Positions 48,710-60,021 of a stretch of DNA of 64,000 bases are shown here, in pieces. Source of the stretch: an uncultured Mycobacterium sp. (GTDB lineage Bacteria; Actinomycetota; Actinomycetes; Mycobacteriales; Mycobacteriaceae); assembly GCA_964555915.1 (NCBI GenBank), contig CAZKUK010000004.1:72349-136348 (forward strand), written 5' to 3'. How positions within the stretch are numbered: the first letter of the stretch is position 1; each line of letters starts with the position of its first letter. Below the pieces are notes generated by a model. It was given only the letters and a program-made list of their open reading frames with translations. It was not told where the DNA came from and did no database searches. Position numbers and translations under genes: made by a program.

Positions 48710-48852
48710 GTGCGGGGTTGTCCTTGTTTCGAGTGCGGCGTGTTCCGGTGGCGACTGTGGTTCGGCCCTGCCTGCCCAGGGCGTCGACCGCCCCACATTA
48801 CCGGTCCGCCGACGACGGCCTCCTCGCCTCGGCCGGGCAGGAAAGCCGTGGC

Positions 48853-49254
48853 TCAGCCGGGGAGGAAACTCAGCCGAACCGATCGCGACGGGTTGTCCCG
48901 GTTGAGATCCACCAGCACCACGCTCTGCCAGGTGCCCAGCAGCGGTTCGCCGCTCACCACCGGAACGGTCACCGACGGGGACACGATCGCCGGCAGCACG
49001 TGGTCGGCACCGTGGCCGGGTGAGCCGTGGGCGTGCCGATACCGGCCATCGCGGGGCAACAACCGCTCCAGCGCGTCGATGAGGTCGGAATCCGAGCCCG
49101 CGCCGGTCTCGATGACGGCCACGCCGGCGGTGGCGTGCGGGACGAACACGTTGCACAACCCGTCACCGCGTGATCGGCAGAACTGCCGCACCGGCGCGGT
49201 GAGGTCGACGATGCGCCGCCGTGCGGTGTCGACGTCGAGCACGTCGCTGTCCAT
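48853..49254 (-). CDS. YjbQ/UPF0047 family protein (Rv2556c-like)
   Basis: [30 protein letters not shown]. Confidence 0.92.
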   Translation of the reverse strand: MDSDVLDVDTARRRIVDLTAPVRQFCRSRGDGLCNVFVPHATAGVAVIETGAGSDSDLIDALERLLPRDGRYRHAHGSPGHGADHVLPAIVSPSVTVPVVSGEPLLGTWQSVVLVDLNRDNPSRSVRLSFLPG

Positions 49255-49299
49255 ACCGCCAGCCTACGAGACGGCGCCCCGGGGCTCGCGCCCCGGAAC

Positions 49300-50640
49300 T
49301 CACCGGGCCCGGCGGATGATGGCACGTAGTCTACCGAGGCGTCCGCCGATCTCCCGTTCGGCTCCGTGCCGGGATGGCCGATAGTAGTCGGTTCCGGCAA
49401 GGTCGTCGGGTGGGTATTGCTGTGGCACAACACCATCGGGATCATCATGCGGATATCGGTAGCCTTCGGCGCGGCCCATCTTCGCCGCCCCCGGGTAATG
49501 GCCATCGCGCAGATGTGCCGGTACGGCTCCGGACTTGCCGGCCCGGATATCTGCCATGGCCGCGGCCAGCGCGGTGGCCACAGCGTTGGACTTCGGCGCG
49601 GTGGCCAAGTGCACCGTCGCGTGCGCGAGGGTCAGTTGGGCCTCAGGCATGCCGATCAACGCGACCGTCTGGGCGGCGGCGACCGCGATCGGGAGGGCGG
49701 TGGGATCGGCCATGCCGATATCTTCGCTGGCGAGGATCACCAGTCGGCGGGCCACGAAGCGTGGATCCTCCCCGGCGACCAGCATCCGGGCCAGGTAGTG
49801 CACAGCCGCATCGACATCAGACCCGCGAATTGATTTGATGAAGGCGCTGACGACATCGTAGTGCTGGTCACCATCACGGTCGTAGCGCACCGCCGCCCGG
49901 TCGAGTGACTGCTCGACGGTCTCCAGGGTCACCCCGTCACCGGTATCGGCGGCGGTCTCAGCGGCAACTTCCAGAGCGGTCAAGGCTCGGCGGGCATCCC
50001 CGGCCGAAAGCTGGACCACCAACTCGACCGCGTCGGCTGTGACCGGTACGGCACCGCCCAGACCACGCGGGTCATTGATCGCGCGATCGACCACCGCCCG
50101 GATGTCGTCGGCCCGCAGAGGCTGCAGCTGCAGGATCAGCGAACGGGACAGCAGCGGTGCCACCACCGCGAACGAGGGGTTCTCGGTGGTCGCGGCCACA
50201 AGGAGCACCACCCGGTTCTCGACCGCCGCGAGCAGCGCATCCTGCTGGGCCTTGGAGAACCGGTGCACCTCGTCGATGAACAGGACGGTCTGTTCACCGT
50301 GGATGGCAGCGCGCCGGGCGCCGTCGATGATCGCACGCACCTCTTTGACCCCCGCGCTGAGCGCGGACAGTGCCTCGAATCGCCGACCGGTCGCATGGGA
50401 GATCAGCGAGGCCAACGTGGTCTTCCCGGTCCCCGGTGGCCCGTAGAGAATCACCGACGCCGCACCGGAGCCGGCTACCAACCGGCGCATCGGCGAGCCG
50501 GGCCGCAAAAGATGCTGCTGGCCGACGACCTCGTCAAGGGTGGCCGGGCGCATCCGCACGGCCAGGGGTACGGAGCCGGGGGCGGTTGCTGCTGACGCGT
50601 CGCGTTCCGCGCCGGGCAGGTCAAAGAGGTTGTCGGACAC
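49300..50640 (-). CDS. rarA: Replication-associated recombination protein A (MgsA/RarA)
   Basis: [41 protein letters not shown]. Confidence 0.97.
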   Translation of the reverse strand: MSDNLFDLPGAERDASAATAPGSVPLAVRMRPATLDEVVGQQHLLRPGSPMRRLVAGSGAASVILYGPPGTGKTTLASLISHATGRRFEALSALSAGVKEVRAIIDGARRAAIHGEQTVLFIDEVHRFSKAQQDALLAAVENRVVLLVAATTENPSFAVVAPLLSRSLILQLQPLRADDIRAVVDRAINDPRGLGGAVPVTADAVELVVQLSAGDARRALTALEVAAETAADTGDGVTLETVEQSLDRAAVRYDRDGDQHYDVVSAFIKSIRGSDVDAAVHYLARMLVAGEDPRFVARRLVILASEDIGMADPTALPIAVAAAQTVALIGMPEAQLTLAHATVHLATAPKSNAVATALAAAMADIRAGKSGAVPAHLRDGHYPGAAKMGRAEGYRYPHDDPDGVVPQQYPPDDLAGTDYYRPSRHGAEREIGGRLGRLRAIIRRAR

Positions 50641-50701
50641 AACCTCAGGCTAGCGACGGGTCCGTCCGGGCTTCCGGTGAAAGAACTGCCGGTGATACAA
50701 C

Positions 50702-50752
50702 GACGAAATGCAGATGGGGACGAAATGCAGATAGGGACGAAATGCAGATAGG
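50702..50752 (+). repeat. 3x17-bp tandem repeat containing the start codon of the LLM oxidoreductase
   Basis: GACGAAATGCAGATGGG, GACGAAATGCAGATAGG, GACGAAATGCAGATAGG. Confidence 0.92.
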
Positions 50753-51596
50753 TCTGTCGACACCTGCGGTCACCGCCGCCCCGGGATCATGTTCGGCATG
50801 GGAGGCCGACGCGGTCGTCGAAGACCTGGTCGGTATTGCGGTGGCCGCCGACGCGGCCGGGCTGGACTACCTCACCTGTTCAGAACATATCGCCGTTCCG
50901 GTCGCCGACGAGGCTGGCCGCGGGCTCACCTATTGGGATCCGCTGTCCACCTTGGCTTTTCTGGCGGCCCGCACCCACCGGATCCGGTTGGCCACAGCGG
51001 TGGTCGTCCTGGGCTACCACCATCCTCTTGAGATCGCAAAGCGCTACGGAACGCTGGACCGGCTCAGCGGCGGGCGGCTGATACTCGGGGTCGGCGTCGG
51101 CTCGCTGTCCGCCGAATTCGACCTGCTGGGTGCGCCGTTCGACGGCCGCGGCGAACGGGCCGACGACATGATCGCCGCCGTACGGGCCTCGCTGTCGCGC
51201 ACCCGGCCGAGCTATTCCGGGGAGTTCTACCGGTACGACGGGTTCGCCGTGCAACCGTGCGCGGTGCAGGCCCGGGTGCCGATCTGGGTTGGCGGACGAA
51301 CACTGCGCTCCCTGCGCCGCTCGGTGAGGCTTGCCGACGGCTGGATACCGTTCGGCCTGTCCGATATCCGGATCGCTGAGATGCTCGCCGCCGTCGACCT
51401 CCCCGCCGATTTCGCGGTGGTCCTTCCCACCGGCCGGGCCATCGATCCGCTGGGCGACCCGGCCGGTTCGCAGCGACGGCTCCGGGGACTGCAGGCTCTG
51501 GGAGCGACCGCGATTACCTGCACCGTGGCGGCGGAGTCCGCCGATCACCATTGCCGCCAACTGGCTGCCCTGCGGGATATCGCCGACCGTTTGTAG
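50742..51596 (+). CDS. LLM-class, probably F420-dependent, oxidoreductase
   Basis: TCSEHIAVP, DPLSTLAFLAARTHRIRL, DRLSGGRLILGVGVG, PIWVGG. Start at the ATG in the third repeat copy. Confidence 0.88.
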   Translation: MQIGLSTPAVTAAPGSCSAWEADAVVEDLVGIAVAADAAGLDYLTCSEHIAVPVADEAGRGLTYWDPLSTLAFLAARTHRIRLATAVVVLGYHHPLEIAKRYGTLDRLSGGRLILGVGVGSLSAEFDLLGAPFDGRGERADDMIAAVRASLSRTRPSYSGEFYRYDGFAVQPCAVQARVPIWVGGRTLRSLRRSVRLADGWIPFGLSDIRIAEMLAAVDLPADFAVVLPTGRAIDPLGDPAGSQRRLRGLQALGATAITCTVAAESADHHCRQLAALRDIADRL

Positions 51597-51639
51597 GCGA
51601 AAAGCCGCGGGCAGCATCCCTGCGACCCGCCCGGCCGGG

Positions 51640-52971
51640 CTAATCGATGGTTCCGGTCAATCCGAAGTCGCCTAGCGCCGACTCGGCGATCTCGTGGAGC
51701 TGGTCACGGGTGGTGGACCCGTCGCCATTGCAGAATCCGACGCTGATGAACAGCGTGCCGTGTACCCGTCCGGTCACCACCGGAAAGAATGTGCCGCCGA
51801 AACGGTGAAGGTGGCCCAGGGTGATGTGTTCGGCCATCCGAATCGCGAAGTCGTCGGCCTCGGTGCCATCCGGGCGATTGACCGCCGGATCCAGACCCCC
51901 GAGGTTGGAACAGCCGATCACCGCGGTGCCCCCCACCACGCCCTCCAGACGGCGGGCCAGCGCCCTGGGGACCAGCGGAGTCAGCGGCAGCGGGGCGACC
52001 AGTTCGTTACGCGCCTGGGCCAACGTCGACAAGGCGTCCTTCAGTCCGGCACGCAGCCCGGTCAGGTCGGCGCACACCACGTCCGGATCGACGGTGAGCC
52101 GCACACCCGTGAGCGCATTTCCACGGGTGTCGCCGTCGATACGTTCGTTGACCGGAACCGAAAGAATCACCGAGCCGCCCGGGGTAACCCAGCCGAGCCG
52201 CCGACCGAGCCTCGCCGAGAACCCAAGGGCGAGTGTGGTGCTGGTGCCACCAAGTTCGGCAGCCCGTTCATCCCACTCGTCGAGGCCGACGCGAACAGTC
52301 ACCGAGGGCATCGTCACAGGCCGGGTGGCGGTCGCCCCGACCAGGTTGGCCCCGGGTGCGGCCGGCGGGGTGTCTTTGGCACCGTTACGCGCAATCCGCG
52401 CCGCCGCGACGACCGCCCCCGCCATACTCGGAAGATCGCGGATGAACCTGCGTGCATCCTCCCGCAGTGCCCGGCCGGTGGTTCGCGCCCCGGCCGGCGG
52501 GTACCCGAGGTCGCGGGTGACACCCTTGGCGGCGTCGGTCACCGCGAGGGCCAGGCCGACCCCGTCGGCAACGGTATGGGAGGCCACGAGCGTCACGACC
52601 GACCCGCCGTCAGTCAACGGCTGAACCGCCAGCCGCCATGACGGACCGTATTCCGGATCGACCGGCAGCGCGGCCTGCTCGTCCAACCACATCGTGATCT
52701 CACCGGGTGGCCGGACACCGGCCGCCACCTCGATGTCGGCGGGGCCGGACCAGGCAATCCAACGGTGCCGGCCAAAGGGCAGCGGGGAGCGTTCGATGCG
52801 GCGGCCGAGCAGTCCATACGCCAACCGGCGATGGAACCCGCCCAACGCCTCCAGGTCGACGCCGTTGCGGTAGATCCAGGTGAACTGAATCAGCGGCCCG
52901 TGCCCGAGCGCCCGCAACCCGAGGAATGACGCTTGGTCGATGAAATCGATCGTGTTGTTCACTGCGGTCAC
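51640..52971 (-). CDS. Putative CoA-dependent acyltransferase-fold protein (HxxxDG)
   Basis: SHTVADG motif; IERSPLPFGRHRW; GDTRGNAL; CSNLG. 443 aa, 7 nt after the aspS stop. Confidence 0.55.
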   Translation of the reverse strand: MTAVNNTIDFIDQASFLGLRALGHGPLIQFTWIYRNGVDLEALGGFHRRLAYGLLGRRIERSPLPFGRHRWIAWSGPADIEVAAGVRPPGEITMWLDEQAALPVDPEYGPSWRLAVQPLTDGGSVVTLVASHTVADGVGLALAVTDAAKGVTRDLGYPPAGARTTGRALREDARRFIRDLPSMAGAVVAAARIARNGAKDTPPAAPGANLVGATATRPVTMPSVTVRVGLDEWDERAAELGGTSTTLALGFSARLGRRLGWVTPGGSVILSVPVNERIDGDTRGNALTGVRLTVDPDVVCADLTGLRAGLKDALSTLAQARNELVAPLPLTPLVPRALARRLEGVVGGTAVIGCSNLGGLDPAVNRPDGTEADDFAIRMAEHITLGHLHRFGGTFFPVVTGRVHGTLFISVGFCNGDGSTTRDQLHEIAESALGDFGLTGTID

Positions 52972-52978
52972 GGTGAGG

Positions 52979-54769
52979 CTACTTCCCGGACTTGAAATCC
53001 ATACCGGACTCCTGACGCTGCTGCGCAGTGATCGGCGCGGGAGCGTCGGTCAACGGGTCCACACCGCCGCCGGACTTGGGGAAGGCGATCACATCGCGGA
53101 TGGAATCGGCGCCGAACAGCAGCGCGGTGATGCGATCCCAGCCGAACGCGATCCCGCCGTGCGGAGGTGCCCCGAACGTGAAGGCCTCCAGAAGAAATCC
53201 GAATTTCTCGTCGGCTTCGCCCTCATCGATACCCATCACCGAGAACACCTGCTGCTGTAGGTCGCGACGATGGATCCGGATCGAACCACCGCCGATCTCG
53301 TGGCCGTTGCAGACGATGTCGTAGGCGTCGGCGAGCACCTCGCCCGGATCAGCCTCGAGGAGGCCGCGGCACTCCGGCTTCGGAGCGGTAAAAGCATGGT
53401 GCACAGCGGTCCAGGCACCAGACCCGACCGCGACATCGCCGGCCGCGGCGGCATCCCCGGCGGGCTCGAACAGCGGCGGATCGACAATCCAGACGAAAGC
53501 CCAGGCATCCGCGGCGATCATGCCCAATCGCCGTGCGATCTCGCCGCGCGCGGCCCCCAGCAGAGCCCGCGACGTCTTGGCGGGGCCGGCCGAGAAAAAG
53601 ACGCAGTCGCCGGGTTCGGCGCCAACGTGGGCGGCCAACCCGGCCCGCTCAGCCTCCGAGAGATTTTTGGCCACCGGCCCGCTCAGCACCCCGTCCTCGC
53701 CGACCAGCACATAGGCCAGGCCACGGTGGCCGCGCTGTTTCGCGAAATCCTGCCAGCCGTCGAGCGTTCGGCGCGGCTGCGCCGCACCGCCGGGCATCAC
53801 CACCGCCCCGACATAAGGCGCCTGGAACACCCGGAAGGGGGTATCGGCGAAGTACTCGGTGCACTCCACCAATTCCACGCCGAACCGGAGATCCGGCTTA
53901 TCCGAGCCGAACCGGCGCATGGCGTCGGCATAGGTCATGCGCGGAATGGGCGTCGGCAGCCGGTAACCGATCAGCGCCCACAGAGCCGCCAACACCTCCT
54001 CGGCGACGGCGATGACGTCATCGGCGTCGACGAAGCTCATCTCCACATCGAGCTGGGTGAACTCCGGTTGCCGGTCGGCGCGGAAATCCTCATCCCGGTA
54101 ACAGCGCGCGATCTGGTAGTACCGCTCCATCCCGCCGACCATCAGCAGCTGTTTGAACAGCTGCGGACTCTGCGGCAGCGCGTAGAACGAACCCGGTTGC
54201 AGCCGGGCGGGCACCAGGAAGTCCCGCGCCCCCTCCGGGGTGGAACGAGTCAGGGTCGGTGTCTCGATCTCGACGAAGTCGTGACCGGCCAGCACCGACC
54301 GGGCCGCGGCGTTAACCCGGGACCGCAGCCGCAACGCGTCTCCGGTGCCGCCGTCCCGCCGCATGTCCAGGTAGCGGTGCCGCAGGCGCGCCTCCTCGCC
54401 GGCGGGCTCGTCGAGTTGGAACGGTAACGCGGCACTTTCCGCCAGCACCGTCAGGGCCGTGGCGTTGACCTCGACAGCCCCGGTGGCGATATCGGGGTTG
54501 GCATTACCCTGCGGACGGATCTCGACGACGCCCTCAACCGCGATACAGAACTCGGCCCGCAACCGGTGTGCAGCGGCGAGCACGTCGGCTTCGCGGAAGA
54601 CCACCTGAACCACACCGGACAGGGTTCCGGAGTCGCTCGCAGCCTGATCGCGCAAGTCGATGAAGATGACACCGCCGTGGTCGCGGCGACGTGCCACCCA
54701 ACCGGCCAAGGTGACTTTCCGCCCGGCGTCGGAGGCCCGCAACGAGCCGGCGGCATGACTGCGCAACAC
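52979..54769 (-). CDS. aspS: Aspartate--tRNA ligase
   Basis: [44 protein letters not shown]. Confidence 0.99.
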   Translation of the reverse strand: MLRSHAAGSLRASDAGRKVTLAGWVARRRDHGGVIFIDLRDQAASDSGTLSGVVQVVFREADVLAAAHRLRAEFCIAVEGVVEIRPQGNANPDIATGAVEVNATALTVLAESAALPFQLDEPAGEEARLRHRYLDMRRDGGTGDALRLRSRVNAAARSVLAGHDFVEIETPTLTRSTPEGARDFLVPARLQPGSFYALPQSPQLFKQLLMVGGMERYYQIARCYRDEDFRADRQPEFTQLDVEMSFVDADDVIAVAEEVLAALWALIGYRLPTPIPRMTYADAMRRFGSDKPDLRFGVELVECTEYFADTPFRVFQAPYVGAVVMPGGAAQPRRTLDGWQDFAKQRGHRGLAYVLVGEDGVLSGPVAKNLSEAERAGLAAHVGAEPGDCVFFSAGPAKTSRALLGAARGEIARRLGMIAADAWAFVWIVDPPLFEPAGDAAAAGDVAVGSGAWTAVHHAFTAPKPECRGLLEADPGEVLADAYDIVCNGHEIGGGSIRIHRRDLQQQVFSVMGIDEGEADEKFGFLLEAFTFGAPPHGGIAFGWDRITALLFGADSIRDVIAFPKSGGGVDPLTDAPAPITAQQRQESGMDFKSGK

Positions 54770-54929
54770 AAGATCTCCCTGGCTCTGAGGTGGGTTCCCA
54801 ACTGACGAACGACTAGAAAGTCTATGAGGTCGGCCCAGCGGCTTCAGCCGGGCCACCGGGTGGTGTCCCTGTGGCAAACTTGTTCCGGCACCGGCGCAGC
54901 GAGGCGGGCCAGATCTTTGAGGAGCGCAT

Positions 54930-55799
54930 ATGACCTTCAACGAAGGTATGCGGATCGACACCAGCACGACCTCAACCGGGGGCGGTGGGCGCGGTATCGC
55001 GATCGGCGGCGGAGTCGGCGGTCTGGCGATCGCCCTGCTGGCGCTGTTCCTCGGGGTGGATCCGGGGCCGGTCCTGCAGCAGCAGACCAGCTCGTCCCCG
55101 GCGCAGTCCGGCTATGACCTGTCCAAGTGCAGAACCGGCGCCGATGCCAACAAGTATGTCGAATGCCGGGTCGTCGCCACCGGTAACTCCGTGGACGCGG
55201 TGTGGGGGGAACTCCTGAGCGGCTACCAGCGGCCGAACATGAAGCTGTTCAGGGGGCAGATCCAGACCGGCTGCGGTCCGGCGGACAGCAGTGTCGGCCC
55301 GTTCTACTGCCCAGCCGACCAGACGGCGTACTTCGACACCGACTTCTTCGAGGTACTCAAGACGCAATTCGGCTCCAGCGGCGGACCCCTGGCCGAGGAA
55401 TATGTGGTGGCTCATGAGTACGGCCACCATGTGCAGAATCTGACGGGCGACCTCAGCCGCGCCCGTCAGGGCGCCCAGGGAGCCACGGGCAACGGGGTTC
55501 GGTCGGAGTTACAGGCCGACTGCTACGCCGGGGTGTGGGCACACTACGCGGCGATCACCAAACAGCCGGGTACCGATGTCACCTATCTGCAGCCGCTCAG
55601 CGACCGCGATATCGCCGACGCACTGTCGGCGGCGTCCTCGGTCGGCGATGACCGCATCCAGAAGGAGACCACCGGTCGGGTGAACCCGGAGAGTTGGACC
55701 CACGGATCCTCCGAACAACGGCAGAAATGGTTCACCGTGGGGTACCAGACCGGCGATCCGAATAAGTGCAACACTTTCCAGGCGACGAATCTGGGCTAG
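54930..55799 (+). CDS. Neutral zinc metallopeptidase (Rv2575/YpfJ-like)
   Basis: [17 protein letters not shown] (HExxH), [15 protein letters not shown]. Confidence 0.92.
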   Translation: MTFNEGMRIDTSTTSTGGGGRGIAIGGGVGGLAIALLALFLGVDPGPVLQQQTSSSPAQSGYDLSKCRTGADANKYVECRVVATGNSVDAVWGELLSGYQRPNMKLFRGQIQTGCGPADSSVGPFYCPADQTAYFDTDFFEVLKTQFGSSGGPLAEEYVVAHEYGHHVQNLTGDLSRARQGAQGATGNGVRSELQADCYAGVWAHYAAITKQPGTDVTYLQPLSDRDIADALSAASSVGDDRIQKETTGRVNPESWTHGSSEQRQKWFTVGYQTGDPNKCNTFQATNLG

Positions 55800-55865
55800 C
55801 GGAGGTGCCGGCCCCGGCAACACATTCGGCGCGACACACACCGGCGGCTCTGGGGTGTGGCGGCG

Positions 55866-56492
55866 TCACCAGGGACGGAGGGCGCACTGTACGCCGCTGC
55901 CGCCCTGCTGAGACACTACGATCTCGCCATCGACGGCGATCTCGCAGCGAAACTCCGGGTTCACCCGTAGGCCCCCGCTCGCGCTGACAAATGCCCACTC
56001 GGTGGGGTCGTTGAGCGTGGTCTGAAATGTCCACGGCGCGGCTGGGCCTACCGTCGTTCGAGCCATTGGCATGTACTCCGGGTCGTTCGCGGCCGACTGG
56101 TCCGGCGGGTCGGCGGTCACATAGTAGATATTCGCGGTGAGATCGCTGGTCGTGGTGACCGTGTAGGTCACCTGACGGGCCCCGGCCGGCTCGGTGGTCG
56201 TCGGCTCGGCAGGGGCGGGATCGGCAGGGGCGGGATCGGCGGCCTCGGCATCACTCGACTCGGTATCGCCCGGCTCCATCGCGGTGGTAGGCGGCTCGGT
56301 GGGCTCCGCCGGCGCACTAGGCGAGGGCTCAGTGCCCGTCGGCTCAGTGCCCGTGGGCTCTGTGCCCGTGGGCTCAGCGACCGACGGCTCTGTGGCCGTG
56401 GGATCGGCTTCAGCGAGCGGTGCGGCCCCGATGCCTCCCGCCAGCAGAACAACTGCCGCGCCAAACGCAGTGAGATGTCGCATACGGTTCAC
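55866..56492 (-). CDS. Secreted protein with Pro/Thr/Glu repeat linker (Rv2576c-like C domain)
   Basis: Signal peptide (…AEA), EPTGT repeats, C-terminal YTVTT...CEIAVDG...C domain. Confidence 0.75.
   Translation of the reverse strand: MNRMRHLTAFGAAVVLLAGGIGAAPLAEADPTATEPSVAEPTGTEPTGTEPTGTEPSPSAPAEPTEPPTTAMEPGDTESSDAEAADPAPADPAPAEPTTTEPAGARQVTYTVTTTSDLTANIYYVTADPPDQSAANDPEYMPMARTTVGPAAPWTFQTTLNDPTEWAFVSASGGLRVNPEFRCEIAVDGEIVVSQQGGSGVQCALRPW
56326..56400 (-). repeat. Five imperfect 15-bp in-frame tandem repeats (EPTGT-type)
   Basis: GGCTCAGTGCCCGTC-like units on the plus strand; a second 2x15-bp repeat (ADPAP) at 56206-56235. Confidence 0.8.
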
Positions 56493-56528
56493 ATCGGAAC
56501 GAGCCGGCCCGGTGTTACGCGAAGGCGT

Positions 56529-56996
56529 TCAGCCGGCCTCACGAAGACCACCGGTTGTGCCGGCTTCCGCTCGGCTCGCGTCGCACATCAGACCGAACAA
56601 TTCGACCGCCGCATCGACGGCATGATCGATGAAGTCGGCGAGATCGGCACTGTCGACGGGCCGGCGAGTCATCGCGGCGTCAACCCCGACCAGCGCCGGA
56701 TCGCATGATTCGTGTACCGCGGCGCGCACCCACGGATCACCGGCATTCCATCGTGCCGCGACCGCCGCGAGTCGGTCTCGCTGGTCGGCCGGGTAGAACC
56801 GATCCGGGCTGATGTGGACCCGTACGGCGTCCCGGCCGGCTCCGCACACCCCGAGGTGAATATCGAGCCGACCGGCCGGCCGTGTCCGGAAGCCGGGTGC
56901 GGGAAGGTCCAGGAGAAAGAAGAATTCGTCGTCGTGGTGGCCACGGAAAAACCGCACACCCCTGCCTCGCAGGTAGTCCTCGAGCAGGTTGTTCAT
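56529..56996 (-). CDS. Hypothetical protein, possibly YbjN-like fold
   Basis: MNNLLEDYL...FFFL...RWNA...FIDHAV pattern resembles YbjN-type proteins; start uncertain. Confidence 0.5.
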   Translation of the reverse strand: MNNLLEDYLRGRGVRFFRGHHDDEFFFLLDLPAPGFRTRPAGRLDIHLGVCGAGRDAVRVHISPDRFYPADQRDRLAAVAARWNAGDPWVRAAVHESCDPALVGVDAAMTRRPVDSADLADFIDHAVDAAVELFGLMCDASRAEAGTTGGLREAG

Positions 56997-57084
56997 AAGC
57001 CGGTCAACGAGCAAACGATTGCCTCCGGTTCCCCCGGCGGCTGAGAGTTCGCTGAGGCCAGTGCGGTCAAGCCATCCGAACGGG

Positions 57085-58344
57085 TCAGGAAAGGCGGGAG
57101 AGTAACTCGGCGGCAACCGAACTGATATCAACGTCGACCTGCGAACCGCTGGCTAGATCCTTGACCCCGATGGTGCCGGAGTCGATATCACGGTCGCCGG
57201 CGACCAGCGCGATTCGCGCGCCGGACCGGTCGGCGGCCCGCATCGCCCCTTTGACCCCACGGTCGCCGTAGGCCATATCGACCCGAACCCCGGCGGCTCG
57301 CAAGACCGCCGCCACGCGGGCGAGTTCCACTTTGGCCCGGCCCCCAAGCGGCACGCCGAACACATCGCAACGGCTGCAGTCCCCTATTGACCTGCCTTCG
57401 GCGCGGAGTGCCAGCACTGCCCGATCCACTCCGAGGCCGAAGCCGATCCCGGAGAGATTCTGACCACCCAACTGGGCCATCAATCCGTCATAGCGGCCGC
57501 CGCCGCCGATCCCGGACTGTGCGCCAAGTCCATCGTGGACGAACTCGAAAGTGGTTTTGGTGTAGTAATCCAAGCCCCGCACCATTCGCGGGTTGATGGT
57601 GTAGCGAACGCCCAGGGCATCCAGGTGCGCCAACACGGTCTCGAAATGCTCCCGGGCCGAATCGGACAGGTGGTCCAGCATCACCGGGGCGCGCGCCGTC
57701 ATCTCCCTCATGTGCGGGCGCTTGTCATCAAGGACCCGCAGCGGGTTGAGCGCCGCGCGTTCCCGGGTGTCCTCATCGAGCTCCAGTCCGAAGAGGAAGT
57801 CCTGCAGCAGCTCCCGGTACTGCGGCCGACAGGTGTCATCGCCGAGCGAAGTGATCTCCAGCCGGAAGCCGTCCAGGCCAAGACCGCGGAAACCGGCATC
57901 GGCGACGGCGATCACCTCAGCGTCCAGCGCCGGGTCGTCGACACCGATGGCCTCCACTCCAACCTGCTGGAGTTGCCGGTAACGACCAGCCTGCGGCCGC
58001 TCGTAGCGGAAGAACGGCCCCGCGTAGCAGAGCTTGACCGGCAGCGCCCCACGGTCGAGGCCATGCTCGATCACCGCCCTCATCGCCCCGGCAGTTCCCT
58101 CGGGACGCAATGTGACCGATCGGCCTCCCCGATCGGCGAAGGTGTACATCTCTTTGGAGACCACATCCGTCGACTCCCCGACCCCGCGGGCGAACAGCGC
58201 AGTGTCCTCGAAGATCGGCAACTCGATATCGCCGTAACCGGCGCGACGGGCGGCGGCAAGTAGTCCGTCGCGTACCGCGACGAAATCCGCCGATTCCGGG
58301 GGCAGATAATCCGGAACGCCCTTCGGGGCCTGGAAGTGGGTCAC
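57085..58344 (-). CDS. hisS: Histidine--tRNA ligase
   Basis: [37 protein letters not shown]. Confidence 0.99.
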   Translation of the reverse strand: MTHFQAPKGVPDYLPPESADFVAVRDGLLAAARRAGYGDIELPIFEDTALFARGVGESTDVVSKEMYTFADRGGRSVTLRPEGTAGAMRAVIEHGLDRGALPVKLCYAGPFFRYERPQAGRYRQLQQVGVEAIGVDDPALDAEVIAVADAGFRGLGLDGFRLEITSLGDDTCRPQYRELLQDFLFGLELDEDTRERAALNPLRVLDDKRPHMREMTARAPVMLDHLSDSAREHFETVLAHLDALGVRYTINPRMVRGLDYYTKTTFEFVHDGLGAQSGIGGGGRYDGLMAQLGGQNLSGIGFGLGVDRAVLALRAEGRSIGDCSRCDVFGVPLGGRAKVELARVAAVLRAAGVRVDMAYGDRGVKGAMRAADRSGARIALVAGDRDIDSGTIGVKDLASGSQVDVDISSVAAELLSRLS

Positions 58345-59009
58345 AGCGTCGTCATCCCCTGCAGGAACGGGTTGGTGCGCCGTTCGCCGCCGATAGTCGT
58401 GGACTCGCCATGACCGGGCAGCACCCGGGTGTCGTCATTGAGCACCAGTAACTTGGTGACGATAGATCCCAGGAGGTCGCGTCCACTGCCGCCGGGCAGG
58501 TCGGTGCGGCCCACGGACTTTTTGAACAAGGTGTCACCGGTGAACACCAGACCGCTGCGCCGGTCAGCCACCCGGAAGATCACCGACCCGCGGGTGTGCC
58601 CCGGAGTATGGGCGACGGTCACCGTGAACCCGTCGAACTCCAGCTCCGCGCCATCGCGGTCAAGGTTGATGACCTGCCGGGGCTCCCGAAACAGTGCCCC
58701 CAGCACGACCTGGCCGATCCGCGGGCCGAAACCTTTGATCGGGTCGGTCAGCATGAACCGGTCCGCCGGGTGGATGTAGGCCGGGCACCCGTAGGTGTCG
58801 GCAACCTTCTGCGCCGACCAGATGTGGTCGATGTGGCCGTGGGTGAGCAGGACAGCCGCCGGGGTCAGCCGGTTCTCATCGAGAATCCGCCGAAGCGGTC
58901 CCAGAGCCCGCTGACCGGGATCGACGATGATGGCGTCCGCACCGGATCGAGGCGCCAGGACATAGCAGTTACAGGCCAACAATCCGGCCGGGAACCCGGT
59001 GAGCAACAC
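58341..59009 (-). CDS. MBL-fold metallo-hydrolase (Rv2581c-like)
   Basis: [26 protein letters not shown]. Confidence 0.94.
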   Translation of the reverse strand: MLLTGFPAGLLACNCYVLAPRSGADAIIVDPGQRALGPLRRILDENRLTPAAVLLTHGHIDHIWSAQKVADTYGCPAYIHPADRFMLTDPIKGFGPRIGQVVLGALFREPRQVINLDRDGAELEFDGFTVTVAHTPGHTRGSVIFRVADRRSGLVFTGDTLFKKSVGRTDLPGGSGRDLLGSIVTKLLVLNDDTRVLPGHGESTTIGGERRTNPFLQGMTTL

Positions 59010-59120
59010 AGCGATCAGTCTCCCACCCGACACTTCGGGTGGGCCGTCAACCCCATCGGTTGGTGCAGCTGGCACACTCATCGGCGCGATTGCACGATCT
59101 ATCACACGGAGGACACCGCG

Positions 59121-60002
59121 GTGCCCACGAACGCACAACGACGCGAAACGGCCAAACGAAAACTTGAGCGGCAACTTGAACGCCGCGCCCAGCGGGCCAA
59201 ACGCCAACGCATTCTCACCGTGGTGGGCGCCATGGTGGCGCTGGCCGTCGGCGCGGCACTGATCGCGTCATTCGTGCTGCAGGACAGCAAGGACAGTTCG
59301 ACCGCCACGGCCTCGTCCACCACGCCGACCACCGCCGCACCGGTCACCGCGGCCGCGCGCGGCGGCGACGGTCAACTTCCGGTGTTCAAGGCGCCGGCCG
59401 ATCTGGGCGCCAATTGTCAGTACCCGGCGGCTCAGAGAGCCAGCAGGGAGGTGGATCCGCCGAATTCCGGAAAGGTGCCCACCGACCCCGCCACAATCAG
59501 CGTCAGCATGTCCACCGATCAGGGCAACATCGGTCTGTTGCTCAACAATGCCGAAGCGCCGTGCACGGTCAACAGTTTCGCCAGCCTCGCTCAGAAGGGC
59601 TTCTTCGACGACACCGTCTGCCACCGTCTGACCACCGCCGAATCGCTGGGCGTGCTGCAGTGCGGCGATCCGAGCGGCACCGGGTCCGGCGGACCGGGGT
59701 ATCAGTTTGCCAACGAGTACCCCACCAACCAGTACCCCAAGGGCGATCCGGCCCTGCAGGACGCGGTGTTGTACCCACGCGGCACCCTGGCCATGGCCAA
59801 CTCCGGCCCGGATACCAACGGCAGCCAGTTCTTCCTGGTGTATCGGGATTCCGAGCTGCCGCCGAATTACACGGTGTTCGGCACCATCGACGCGACCGGT
59901 CTGGAAACGCTGGACAAGATCGCCGCGGGCGGCGTCGCCGGGGGCGGCAAGGACGGTAAGCCGGCCACCGAGGTGACGGTGAAGTCGATCCTGCTGGACT
60001 AG
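59121..60002 (+). CDS. ppiB: Cyclophilin-type peptidyl-prolyl isomerase B
   Basis: MPTNAQRRE, TM helix, LQCGDPSGTGSGGPGY, AMANSGPDTNGSQFF, YTVFG. Confidence 0.96.
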   Translation: MPTNAQRRETAKRKLERQLERRAQRAKRQRILTVVGAMVALAVGAALIASFVLQDSKDSSTATASSTTPTTAAPVTAAARGGDGQLPVFKAPADLGANCQYPAAQRASREVDPPNSGKVPTDPATISVSMSTDQGNIGLLLNNAEAPCTVNSFASLAQKGFFDDTVCHRLTTAESLGVLQCGDPSGTGSGGPGYQFANEYPTNQYPKGDPALQDAVLYPRGTLAMANSGPDTNGSQFFLVYRDSELPPNYTVFGTIDATGLETLDKIAAGGVAGGGKDGKPATEVTVKSILLD

Positions 60003-60021
60003 TGGCCGCCCGGCTGGGGGG

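Noticed and set aside
48710-49156. AlaS N-terminal extension in the ORF track, and a possible T-box leader
   Set aside because: The extension overlaps the yjbQ gene in another frame; [10 protein letters not shown] is the normal start; no T-box sequence seen. The same applies to the aspS and hisS leaders.
58596-59120. Long N-terminal extension of PpiB in the ORF track
   Set aside because: Overlaps the divergent MBL hydrolase gene; GGAGG precedes GTG 59121.
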